Assembly (NCBI RefSeq): GCF_009914755.1
Contig: NC_060925.1
Length of the DNA: 64,000 bases
Reading direction: 5' to 3' (one strand)
Source of the DNA: the human T2T-CHM13v2.0 reference genome, Homo sapiens
Below the pieces are notes generated by a model, which saw only the letters and a list, made by a program, of their open reading frames with translations, was not told where the DNA came from and did not search any database. A program made the translations under genes and the position numbers. Each line of letters starts with the position of its first letter. Within the stretch, counting starts at the first letter, position 1. Of this stretch, positions 31,001 through 56,345 are shown piece by piece.

Positions 31001-31292
31001 ATATCTATCTATCTATCTATATATATACACGTATATATATCTAGATATATATACACACGTATATATATCTATCTCTAGATATATATATCTAGATATATTT
31101 ATATCTATATCTAGATATAAATATATCTATATATATACACGTATATATATGTATATACGTGTGTATATATGTGTATATATGTACATGTCTATCTCTCTAT
31201 AGATATATATATATCTAGATATATATACCTATATATCTATAGAGAGATAGACATGTACATATATATACACATATATGTATGTATATATATAG
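31001..31292. repeat. Complex (TA)-rich microsatellite containing a 36-bp perfect inverted repeat
   Basis: Read directly; arms at 31174-31209 and 31230-31265. Confidence 0.95.
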
Positions 31293-31732
31293 TTTACATA
31301 TTAAAATGAAACTGGTATTTATTAAGATAACATTAACCCAATTTCATTTAAAAATTACTAACATTTCTATAACAAAGTAACCATATTTTCCAAAACAAAA
31401 ATAAGTGAGAAGAGTAGCACTATTTTACATTTTGCAAATCTCTTTAATGTCTACCTTAAAAAAATAAAACTGGTATCAGCTTTGAATTTAATCCATTGCC
31501 ATATACTGCTTAACTTGAACTATATAAAGAAAACCTGGCTTCATACACATAAACAGGTGGAAAAGGGAGAGGTAATTTAATAGGCTTTTCAAATAATTGT
31601 AATTATTTTGTAATTTCTTTGATACTACATAAAAATTATATAAGCAGTAATTTCTTGAAGGTTTTTTGCAATATGGAATCTGAAACCATATTAATGAACT
31701 TTTCACACAATGTTATAGGAAAATCCATCTTA

Positions 31733-32035
<303 letters not shown>

Positions 32036-34829
32036 TCCATCTTATATTTTGATGGGATTTTGTAACACCACGTATTGGTCCTTGGGAAAATATTGATTTC
32101 CTGAGTAATGAAGATCTTCCAAATGTTGACGTGTTTCATTATACTATTTTAAAACATCACACTCGTTAATATTACCACCTATCTTACCATAAAAGTCTTT
32201 TAAGTACAGGGAAGCTGTTAAGCTCATGATGGCAGAATCAAGTTTTCTAAAATTCTAACTTCCTCTTGACAGCTCAAATATTATCATTGGTCAAAAAAAA
32301 AAAATCCTGTCACTTAAATTCCTTGAAGTGACAAGCTCACGTTGTCTGTCAAACACCCAAGTGTATATAACCAAAATGTGTCTCTCAGTCATTTGTTTAA
32401 AGTAAAGTGGTATTTTATTAAATCAAGAGTCTAGTTCTGCAGACAACTCACATAAGGACACAATTTCTCCTTCAGAAAACCACAGCACTTTGGTATACAG
32501 CATAAGTGCTCTATGCATACTTCTATTTAGTCACATAGAATATTCAAACGATGTGATTCAAGGGTCAGATTTAATACAATTAATAACTTTTACCATTTCA
32601 TCGAGAACATTCTTAAGTGAAACTGGCTTAAAAAACAAACAAACAAACTCAGGAGTATACAGCAATGATGAATACAATTACTCCTTGGAGAATTTGGTGC
32701 CACTACTTTGATCTATGCTAAAGAGCCAAAAACTTCCATTGTTTTTGTAATGTCAGGGCAAATGTCAATACAATAAAAAAGGCAAATAATGCTTTGATGT
32801 CATTACGAAAAAGGTTTTGACCCTGTGGACCCTTGTAAGGTTTACCGAAGGCCTGTGGACTGAGAGCTTTGAGAATAGTTATCCTAGAGAATGGGGCTTG
32901 GTCATTAAGGGAATAAGCCCTGGAGTCATATAGACAGATGTGAGTCTGAATCCTGGTTCCACCACTTTTTATTCTGCATGACCTTAGGCTAGCTATTTAT
33001 CCCATGTCCCTTAGTTTCTTCTTCAGTAAAATAAGAATAATGTCAGTTTGCACTCAAGTTCTTTCTTATGAATCAAAAGAATAATACTTGTAAATATTTT
33101 CCCATTCAACTGTATATTCTACTACACTTGAATTAGAGGCAAACTATACTACAGTAAAATGAAATATTCTGCAATAAGAAATATATCTCTATATATTAAA
33201 CCAAAATCCTGTAAAATGCAGAACTTTATGTTAAGGTAAAATCTTGAATATCATATGTTATCTATACACACATGAAAAAACAATGGGTTTCATCAAAGCA
33301 AGTAAATAATTTTCTGTAAAGCTACAACAATCAACTCGTACTCCCTCCTCAGCTTATCTGATATAGTTGATTTATGTGGATTATTAAATCTCCCATTTAC
33401 TCAACTTCTTAATGCAGATGTTGTTGGTCTTCCATCTGTCTACTTTGTCAATTTGGTTTTTAGCATTTCTTTCCCTGGTTCAGAATATATACTTCCTGGC
33501 CAAGTCTATAAAGGTGAATCCAAATTTTACTGGAGAAAAAAGCCCTCCGATCTAAATATAGTATATAATTTGCATACTGTATTTTCAGGGGACGATTTTA
33601 AAACACAACATGAATAAACAGGTCAACAGTTACACGTTTACTCAAGGGAACTGAAACAAAACCCAATATTAAGACATGTTAAAAGAAAATAAATCCAGCC
33701 TACATACAGTAAACTAAAACATGACAGCCAAATACGGATAACAGAAACAGTTTCTTAATATAGCAAAGTCCCAGAGTTAATAAGCATTATTCATATGCTC
33801 TAATATGTACAATATAAACATACAATAATTATACAGTTGGATAAAATAAAATAAAAACAATGGCTTTTTACATATTTCATCTTGACTTTAATAAGACTTA
33901 AAAGAATACATAGTTTCTGAAAAATACAAACAAAACACATTAATACTCAAGATGTGGAATATTTATTTCTTGAGCTGGGGAATGACCCTGAGTCCACTTA
34001 CAGCTTCTCTGCTGAGTGGGAATGTGATATAACAGGAAGCTACTGTCTGTTTTTATATGAGACTTTCTCCCTGTCAGACAGCTTTCCGACTGGTCCCTCA
34101 GTATTAAGACACTCTTTTTCTACTAATTGGATATTACTAACACCCACACATGGATAAAACTAAAACCTGATTGGTGGTTTCTTCAGTAGCCAAGGCACGT
34201 GACTCAACTCAGGTTCCGCTAAATGGTGGGAAAGGAGCCTGTGGGTTTGCAACTTGTACAGAACACAACCAAGGTCTTAACCAGATGTGATAGCAGGTAT
34301 ATTTCTTTCCAGAATTTCTGGATTAGTCAAATAGACATGGGTTTTTGAATAGGCTTTCTGAATTAAATTACCAGTCCCTCATGCTTTCTAAATGACTGCA
34401 AAAATATATACATTACGTTTCGGCATTTCAGGTATCCTGCTTGTAAGGAGGAAAAAAAAAGGCCAAGAAGATAGCATCTAAAGATGCAATTGACAGAAAT
34501 GATCTGAAGTGACTATTTTGGAACTCTGGCGTATGGTAAAAGAGGGTGACAAATGTCATGGAATTGCCATCTTTCATGGTAGCAGCTATCACTCATTCCA
34601 CAGCCACAATCCCAACAGCTCCAAGAAGCAGCCTGGAGACAGCCTCCTGCATTCCTAGTGTGGCTTCCTGGAGCCAGGGTACACAAAAAGGAACTAGTCT
34701 TCCAAATACTGGATTGCATGATCTCATTGTTGCTTTTGATTACTGAGAAACCAATACAAAAGCTGGCCACCTACTTCAATACCCACGGACCTAAGAAACT
34801 TCCAAGGAATTTATTATATAAAGACAATG

Positions 34830-36181
34830 TGTGTGTGTTTGTTTTTCTTTCTCCTTTTTGAGGCCAGATATTGAAAGCAATCTTTATCAGGTCAATAGCT
34901 GACCACAGAGGAAACAGAAGAAACTTCAGTGACCACATTATAACAAAAACTACACACCTTGCAAAAACAGTTTACAAAAGTCACAAACAGATCATCACTT
35001 TAACCCTCAACAAGTAAGATTCAGCAATCCCTGGAGAGTGGAAGGATTACATTTCCAGATCTACCACAACATAATGTTTAAAAGGTCTAGTTCTCACCGG
35101 GCATGGTAGCCCACATATGTAATCTCTCCACTTTGGGAGGTGGAGGCAGGAGGATTCCTTGAGCCCAGGAATTCAAGACCAGCCTGGGCAACATAATGAG
35201 ACCTCATATCTATGAAAAATAAAAAAAAAAATAGCTGGGCATGGTGGCATCCAGGAGGTTGAAGCTGCAGTGAGCCATGATCATGCCCTGCACGTCAGTC
35301 TGGGCAACAGAGTGAAACACTGCCTCAAAACAAATGAATAAATAAAAATAAGATACAAAATACAGTTCTCAAAAACCAAAAAAATAACATAATGAAAATA
35401 AAGAAACAACAAAAAAGATTTGACAGAAACTCTCCCGTTAAAGCCCATTGTAGTTATTAGTTGAAGGTGTTAAATCAACTATCTACTGTCTTAAATATGT
35501 TGAATGAGCTAAAGAAAACCATCAACAAAAAAATTAGCAAAACAGTGTATGAAAAAAATGAGAATACCAGTAGGAAGACAGAAATTATGAAACGGAACCA
35601 AACATATTCTGGAGCTAAAAAGCAGACTAACTGAAGTAAGAAAAACTCAATAGAGGGGCTCAAAAGCAGATATGAGGAGGAGTTAGAAAGGTTCAGTGAA
35701 CCTGAAGATAAGAACAGTGAGGCTGTCTTATCTTCAATATGAGAAGCAGAAAAACAAATGAAGTAAAATGAACAGAGCCTGAGGCACCAGTAGGATATCA
35801 TCAAACATACTAATATACACATATAGGTGTCCCAGAAGGAAATATGACAGAAAAGTATTTGAAGTCTTAATGGAAAAATACTTCCAAAATACATCAATAC
35901 ACACATCCTAGAAGCTCAATAAACTACCAGCAGATAAACTCAAAGAGCTCCACACAAGAAACATTACAGTCAAATTGTCAGAACCTAAAGAAATAGAAAG
36001 AATTTTGAAAACAGTGACAGAAGTGACTCTTCATGTACAATGGAGCCTCAGTAAGATAAACAGCAGATTTCTTCTCAGAAACTATGGAGACTAGAAAGCA
36101 GTGGGATAGCAGTGGGAAAGGAGAAGAAAAAAAAAAAACTGTCAATCAAGAATTTTATACCCAGCAAAACTATCTTTCAAG

Positions 36182-36220
<39 letters not shown>

Positions 36221-36850
36221 TATTATTATTATCATCATTATTATTTTTTTTAAGCAAGCAGAAATTAAGATATTTCTAGTTAAACAATAGCTGACACAGT
36301 TTTTTTTTTTGTCAGTACAGTGCCCTACAAAAAATGTGAAAGACATTTGGGCTGCAATGAAAGGACACTAGACAGTAACTTAAAACTGTGAAAAAAATTT
36401 TTAAAACCACTGATAAAGGTATCTATAAAGCTAAATATAAATCCACTGTTTTCATACTTTTCATATGGTTTGTAACTTCTGTTTTTCCCATATGGTTTAA
36501 TAAACAAGTTCATAAAGCAATAATTATAATATGTTACTGGAAAGTATAAAGGTGTAATTTGTGACAATTATAATATTACGGGGGAGGAATGGAGATGTGC
36601 ACAAGCAAAGTATCTGTATACTCTTGAAACTAAATTGATATATTCAAACTAGGTTTATAAGTTTAAGATATTAATTGGAATCGCCAAGGTAACCACTAAG
36701 AAAATACATTAAAAATATACAGTGAAAGAAAGGGAAATCAAAATGATACACTACAAAAAAGTTCAATTTTTAAAAAGACAATAATAAAAGAATAAAAGAA
36801 AAAACACATACAGAAGACAAATACATCAATGACAGAATTAAAACCATCTT
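34830..36850 (+). mobile_element. Old L1M ORF1 region with a nested, internally deleted AluJ (~35098-35350)
   Basis: A-rich degenerate ORF1 (cagcagatttcttctcagaaactatggagactagaaagcagtgg). Confidence 0.75.
36182..36245. repeat. Compound (CAT)13/(TAT)n microsatellite
   Basis: Read directly; explains the poly-Ile ORF 36084..36290. Confidence 0.95.
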
Positions 36851-36969
36851 TATGCTGGGTGCGGTGGCTCATGCCTGTAATTCCAGCACTTCATTTAAAG
36901 TGATTAATAATACACCTAAAGCAAACCCCCAAATTCTTCCATTTTTCCACATCAGCAATCCTCACTGTC

Positions 36970-37290
36970 TTTTCTTCTTCTTCTTCTTCTTTTTTTTTCT
37001 TTTTGAGACAAGGTCTGGCTCTCTATTGCTCAGGCAGGAGTTCAGTGGCAAGATCTCAGCACACTGCAACCTCCACCTCCCAAGCTCAAGCTCCAGGCTC
37101 CCACCTCACCTTCTTGAGTAACGGGGACTACAGGTGTGCAGCACCACACCTGACTAATTTTTGTATTTTTTTAGAGATGGGGTTTTGCCATGTTTCCCAG
37201 GCTGGTCTTGAACTCATGAGTTCAAGCAATCCACCCGCTTCAGCCTCTCAAAGTGCTGAGATTACAGGTGTGAGCCCCCATGCCTGGCCT
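36970..37290 (-). mobile_element. Alu (J-type)
   Basis: Diverged dimer with a (CTT)n/T head. Confidence 0.9.
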
Positions 37291-38477
37291 TCAGTGTCTC
37301 TTCTAATACTGTAGTACTTGTTCTTGAAAGCAGACTAGACATAATACAAAATTATATCAGTCTCTATCTTCTGTGCTTATCAATTTCAGCATTTAGGAAA
37401 TCTCAAAGAGTATGAGAAAGTACAAAACTAACAGATTTGCTTTTTGGTAAGTTTATTCCCATTCCCCCAGGGCAGAGTTAGCCATACTTTTCTCTGTAGT
37501 CCCACAATATTTTGTTCAAACATTATGCTACAATTTAAAGTATCATTTTTAGTATTAATAATTCTATACTGTAACGATATGATTACACCTCAAGTTGATG
37601 AGCTCTTTGAAGGCAGCAAAACTGTCTTCCTCCATTCCTCCCTTCTTTCAACAGCTATTGAGAAGCCTGCGGAATCCAGACACTCTGAGGATCAAGGACA
37701 CATAAAGATAAAACAAACAAAAATATCTTGCCTCAAGGAACTCACTACTGCAGGGAATGGTAGTAGATGCCATGACAGAGATAAACCTAGGGTGTTACTA
37801 GAACAACAGGAGGTTGTCATTACTCCAGACATGGATGGTGACGGTAGGGATGGTATCATTCTAAACCAGCACAGAGCTGAAATACAGAGACACTTTTTCA
37901 TCTTTGTATCCCTTGAGCCTACCCCAATGTTTCATCTACAGTGAGCATTTGACAAGCTATTTTTCAATGAATGAGTAGCTTTGGAGCTGCTACAAGTCTT
38001 GAAGTGAGGATAACCTAGAAATTTCCAGGGGCAGGAGGTGAAATTAATTATCTAACCTTTGACAGCAATTCAATCTAGCCATTAAAAAATCCTAGTTATA
38101 GTCCTCTTCGGTTGTCTCTTTCTTATTCTTTATCTTTTTGTCACATAAAGCTGTTTTCACTAGCAATCTGAGAAAAGTTGAAAGCTCAGACACTTGGGTG
38201 TCAGATGGATGTGAACACTGGCCCAGCATCACAGTTCCATTTACATGGAACTATCATTACATTTACATTTAAAGCTATCATTAACTTTAAAAACTGACTT
38301 TCCTGCTAAATCAGAGTTCTTTTCATGATTTAATGGACTAAAATGTAAATATCTAAGTTTTACATTCTAAATAAACATGAAACAAAGAAAAACTCTGCAG
38401 CTATTGAGCAGAGCACACAGCTTCACTACACAGGTTTCAAAATTACATACATTTTACTGCTTTTTAAAAATATTTCA

Positions 38478-38758
38478 GGCCAGGCGCGGTGGCTCACGCC
38501 TGTAATCCCAGCACTTTGGGAGGCCGAGGCGGGCAGATCACGAGGTCAGGAGATCAAGACCATCCTGGCTAACATGGTGAAACCCTGTCTCTATTAAAAA
38601 TACAAAAAATTAGCCGATTGTGGTGGCAGGCGCCTGTAGTCCCAGCTAATTAGGAGGCTGAGGCAGGAGAATGGTGTGAACCCAGGAGGCGGAGCTTACA
38701 GTGAGCCAAGATCACGCCACTGTACTCCAGACTGGGCAACAGAGCAAGACTCCATCTC

Positions 38759-38791
<33 letters not shown>

Positions 38792-38797
38792 TATATT
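38478..38797 (+). mobile_element. Alu (Y-like) with A tail followed by (TA)n
   Basis: gagatcaagaccatcctggctaac; ggcggagctt. Confidence 0.95.
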
Positions 38798-39173
38798 TTA
38801 AAACGTTGTTCCTATTCACATATCATTCAAATCGAGGAATGATGGCAAGAGGGGTCTGAATGATGTTAATTACTATAATACTTAAGTTGAGACAGGCAAT
38901 AATAAGTAAGTGCACTTGATATATGACAGTATAACAAGAGAACTACAAAATAGTGCACCATATCACCCATAAAAAGAAACTGGTTTACTCAGATTATTAA
39001 GCCTGAGAAAAAATCATTATTCTATAAATGATAGTCAGTGTATACAATTACTTGAGCTAAAACACATGTTAAGGGCAGTCTATCCTTATGGTCTGGCAAT
39101 TGGCTGGCTGATTCATCACCAGATGGCTTTATAAAGATTAAACCTCCTCTCACCCCACAACTCCTGCTATTGC

Positions 39174-39268
39174 AGAGAAAGAAATAGCTGGCCTCACATT
39201 AGGACTATCGGTCTACACAGTAGAGAAAGAAATAGCTGGCCTCACATTAGGACTATCGTCTACACAGT
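39174..39268. repeat. Tandem duplication, 48/47 bp
   Basis: agagaaagaaatagctggcctcacattaggactatc(g)gtctacacagt twice. Confidence 0.95.
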
Positions 39269-42200
39269 AGGAAATGCTTTTCTCTAGCTTATGCATTTCT
39301 CATTTTAATAAGATATTATCTACTTAGGCATCCATGTGACAACTTTTCTTTTGGTACCAACAGGCATGAAAGGGTGACAATATTCTCCATGGGGTTGGCC
39401 CAGGACATAGCTTTGTTTCCTGAAAGAATAAATCGTAGGAGAAAGATGATCTGGTTTTCTTAATAAAATCAATGAAAATCTAAACAAAGGGGGGTTAAAA
39501 GTGATACACTTCACCTTACAAAATTGTAATCTGAACCAGCAGTAAAGCTTATCAACTGAAATAAACACACTAAGGCATTGCATCAACTGGCATCTGTAAT
39601 TATGCCATGTCTTTTTACCCCATCATACCAAGTATCTAAAAGATACAATTTTAAACAAATGTATAAATTCAGGAATCCTATTTTACATTTTCACCCCTAA
39701 AAAGTCCCTAACAGAAAATATATCCTCAACACCAGAAGTCTGTCTTTTGATGCCACGTATTTCTGAAAATGAAGAAATAATTAGGGGTGGCATTTCAACT
39801 AAGGATTCATTATCAAATAAAGTCCAAACATACATCATAGTAACTCAGGATCAAGTAAAATGCAAATCATATATTATAAAAGCAAATGGTTTTATTCATA
39901 ATTGGTAGCATTTATTGACTACTTAATATGAATCAGGCACTGTTCTAAGAATTTCACATATAGGTGTGTATATAGACATAATTGGTTTTAGCTACAAAAA
40001 TTCTTCAAGTTCGAGAAAATGGACATAAACATTATATACTGTTACACATGAGGACCCCATTTTATAGAGTACTATAAAATAAAACCCAGTTTGTTTCTTC
40101 ATTCACAAGTAGTAAGCACTATAAGATACTGGGGAAAGAGAATGGATCAAGATAGAAAAAGTTCCTAATCTCACAGCAGCAAAAATAAACAAATAGCTAC
40201 ATAAATGAATAAGAAAACCTCAGGGGCAGTGGGAAGAAAGAAACATGAAAAAACAAAGAGGACAGGATAACTCGGGTGGTGCTCTTCAGGCCGGGGTGGT
40301 CTACGGAAATATCTTTGAGAAACTGACATATGCTTAGAACATATTCAAAAATTCAGCTCTGCTGTATAATTAATTTGATCTGGCACACATAATGAAATAT
40401 ACTCTTGGAAAAAATTCATTTATTTAAAATCTCCACCCTTGTTTTATAGTTACTCCAAAAGGATAAATCCACAGCTGTGCTTTTTTTGGATACTTACCAA
40501 GATACTTGTTTCATGCTCATGTGAACAAACTCATTACTGGGAAAATTTCTGCTTTCATACACTCATGATTATTCTGGAATGACTACTCTAAATTTTACCT
40601 TTATCATCTGCCATATACATTATTAATTCTTTTGTGAAAGGCAATTAAAGCAAATAGGTTTAAAGAAAAAATATAAGCTGCAACTTAAATCTGATATAGC
40701 ATTAAAACTAAAAAAAAAAAAAAATTCTCATAAAAATAAGTGAAGATGACATTCCAAATACCACACCACATATTCTATGTCTGAGTTTATTATATATTTT
40801 TAACAGAAGATTTAGATTTGATGGGAAAAGCTAGCAAGCCAGTGATTTAATTAAAGATTTCTTCATAAAAAACATTCAATAAAGTGCTTAAAGAAAATAC
40901 CTAAGAAAAAACAAGTTATACTTTTCCATAAATTATCTAGGCATTAAAAATTCTTGCTAGGTTTTCCCTGTCAGTTTATGAAACACGTAAAGTCTGACTT
41001 GTTTGCTTTTGTAGAACTGTACTACCCTCATTAAAGCATAATTTTGTTGCTTTACACCAAAAAATCAATTGACTTAGATTCAGACATTTATCAAGTACCT
41101 CCTTTGTGCCAGTAACTGTGCTAATTGCTTCTATTAATACTTGCATTCTTTCATTTAACTCCCAAAACAAGCATTCAAGAAACATTTTTCCCTTAAGAAA
41201 ACTAAAGTTAAAGCCTTATTCAAGGTTACAAATGCAGTATAAACAGGAACCACCTAGATTCAAATCTGGGCCTTCAGCTACCAAATATGGGGCTTTTCCC
41301 ACAAATCACTATCTCCTTTGTATTTTTCTTAAATATACCTCGAAATGATGCAGGTGATTCTGCCAGTCTCGGATTTGGCTACAGTTGGAGTATGATGATA
41401 TGCAATATATTTTAACTTAACAACGAGTTCTCTAACACTCTGTTTGGGCAATAAATGCTGACAGTTCATGTAAATTTCAGCCTATTTTCAATCTTCTCAG
41501 CCTCCTGTTTGGCCACCAGCAGGCTCCAAGATTCTCTCCTCGAGAAGTTCACAGACAAGAAAGAATCAATCAGTTATTAAAACCAAAAACCAAAAATCAG
41601 CTGGCCAAAAATCAGCGGATCAATCTAGAGAAACGAGGGAAATTTAGTAAACTGGGGTATAGCATGGATTAGAAACCTAGACTCTGAAAGAATAGTAAAC
41701 TATCTCCAGGTTCACTAAATAACTATAAATCTAAAAAACTGTCAGATCATAGAGCACTAGGAGCAGGAAAAGCCACACAAAGCTGTCTGGAAGACCTGAA
41801 ACTGTCTACAGGAGGGAGTGACAATGGGAGGAAAGCAGTCTGGGTTAAGGGTCTGTTACGATCCTGAAAGTCAAATGCTTTGATTCACTGTTCTTAGCTC
41901 ACGCAGGACAACAATTTCTCTGCCATGTGTCTGCAATTAATTTTAGCATATCACTAATTCTTGTGCCCTTTAAAAATGGTTTCTGTTCATCTTCAATACC
42001 TTTTCTGATTCACTATACATTAACTATTTGGGAGGTGGGTACAAATCATTTCCATTGCATTATCAGTATAACATATGAAAAGTGAATTGAAACTTCAAAG
42101 TGTAGAAAACTGAAACGTCTCAGAGTCTATTTTAAGCAAGAATGTATTTAGTGAATATATCACTAACACACTTTACTGTATAACAGTAAGTTGCTAATTA

Positions 42201-42269
42201 CTAGCCTAAATTATGCAGTTTTTCTTTTTATCTTCATGTTAAATTATAATTTTTATAAATATCTCTATA

Positions 42270-42462
42270 CCAGCACTGTGCAACAGACTGTGATGATGGA
42301 AATATTCCTGTCCAATACATTAGCCACAAGCCATGTGTTAACTATTGAGCACTTGAAATACAGCTAATACAACTAAAAAGATGAATTTTAAATTTCATTT
42401 AATTTTAATTCATTTAAATTTACATATTCATATATGGCTAGTGGCACTCTAGCTAGTTCAGC
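42270..42462. mobile_element. MER3-like hAT element
   Basis: tgtgatgatggaaatatt...tattgagcacttgaaat...tggctagtggc. Confidence 0.75.
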
Positions 42463-42648
42463 TCTCAAACTAACAAATGACACTATTATTTACCTTAAGG
42501 ATCGCTTTCGTTAAATACCTCATACTTATAGTATATAAACATGCAGAATAGCTGATAAAATAATGCATGCTGGAAAAGAAAATTTTAATCTAATCAAAAG
42601 AAAATAAAGTGCTTTGTATTTTAATTTAATTGAGATAGTATCACTATA

Positions 42649-55181
<12,533 letters not shown>

Positions 55182-55334
55182 TCACCTTTCCTCCCAGCAT
55201 CTTTTATTTATGTAACATTCATTCTATTTATAAATGTGCATGGCTTTGTCCTTGGCTATATTAAGTATATGGCCAGGATGGAGACATAAGAGTTTGGCTT
55301 GTTGAATTTATAAATGTCAAAAAGCCAGGAAGGA

Positions 55335-56345
55335 AAGCTAATCCCTTGGATGACAGAATCATGATTCAAGAAGATCTCAAGTTTTAACTATAGCTACGTT
55401 CACGGAGATGAAATTTAATAGGAGGCAATGGTAAAATACTGGTTTAAAAACATCACCTGTGTGTTTATACACAATGGGAGAAATCTAGCTAAGTGTAAAA
55501 ATGTTGGTTTATGTTGACTACATCAGTGGTTTCCAGACCAATTTTTCAGAAAACAAATTAAGAATCAACATAAGGCTGCCAACTTTTTATTGGTTAATCA
55601 GGAACACTAAAATAAAACAAAACCCCATGACCAACATCAAAAGAAACTTAACCTATCATTACTTAATAGGTGTTACTAACACTATCATTTAATAAAGGCC
55701 ATTTATGAACATTAGAAAAGGAGAACAAAATCTCAAAAAATAGTACCTTGAATTACATAAATATAACTTGAAAAGCCATGTAACATTTTTCTCTCTCTCT
55801 CTGCTTTTTGCTTTGAATTAGCAGAGATGACTGTTGTTAAAGAGTTGATACAATTTTAGACTTTAAACACAAGTGTATGGCTTGAAATAAGGAAAGGGAC
55901 AATTTCACTGCACTTTGCATTCAGACCATAACTGCAGAATTAAATATGGAAACAAGATCAGAACACAAAGAATAGCACTGACAAAACTGATTGAATCCAG
56001 CTGAGAGATGTGAGGGATGGCAAAGGAAACCATATGAAGTTGGAGGTGTCCTAACATTTAGACAAGAGAAAATCTAGCTAATATATTGAGAAAAACCTTA
56101 CTTCATCTTACTCCTAAAGACTGAATTGCAACCAGTGGGAAGAAGTTATATAGTAAAAGCAGCTACTAGCTCAATTTAAGTGAGATCTTCCTATTACACT
56201 TTTTGGAAGCTAAACAGGCTTTCCTATGCCCAGGGAAGGGTTTGTGGAGAAGTTGGACCCAATAACATCTCAGAGATATTAGTAGTGGGTGATACATTGT
56301 ATGAGCTGACTTCTAAAGTTCCCTTGAATTCTAAAATTTTATGAA
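55335..56345 (+). mobile_element. L3/CR1 LINE fragments
   Basis: gatgacagaatcatgattcaagaagatctc...gatgaaatttaatagg; 3' end gttcccttgaattctaaaattttatga. Confidence 0.55.

Noticed and set aside
37444-37944. 166-aa plus-strand ORF
   Set aside because: Non-ATG start, no recognisable domain or splice context, and it overlaps L2-like scraps.
39174-39268. CRISPR-like or other prokaryotic repeat system
   Set aside because: Only two adjacent copies with no spacers, in a mammalian intron.
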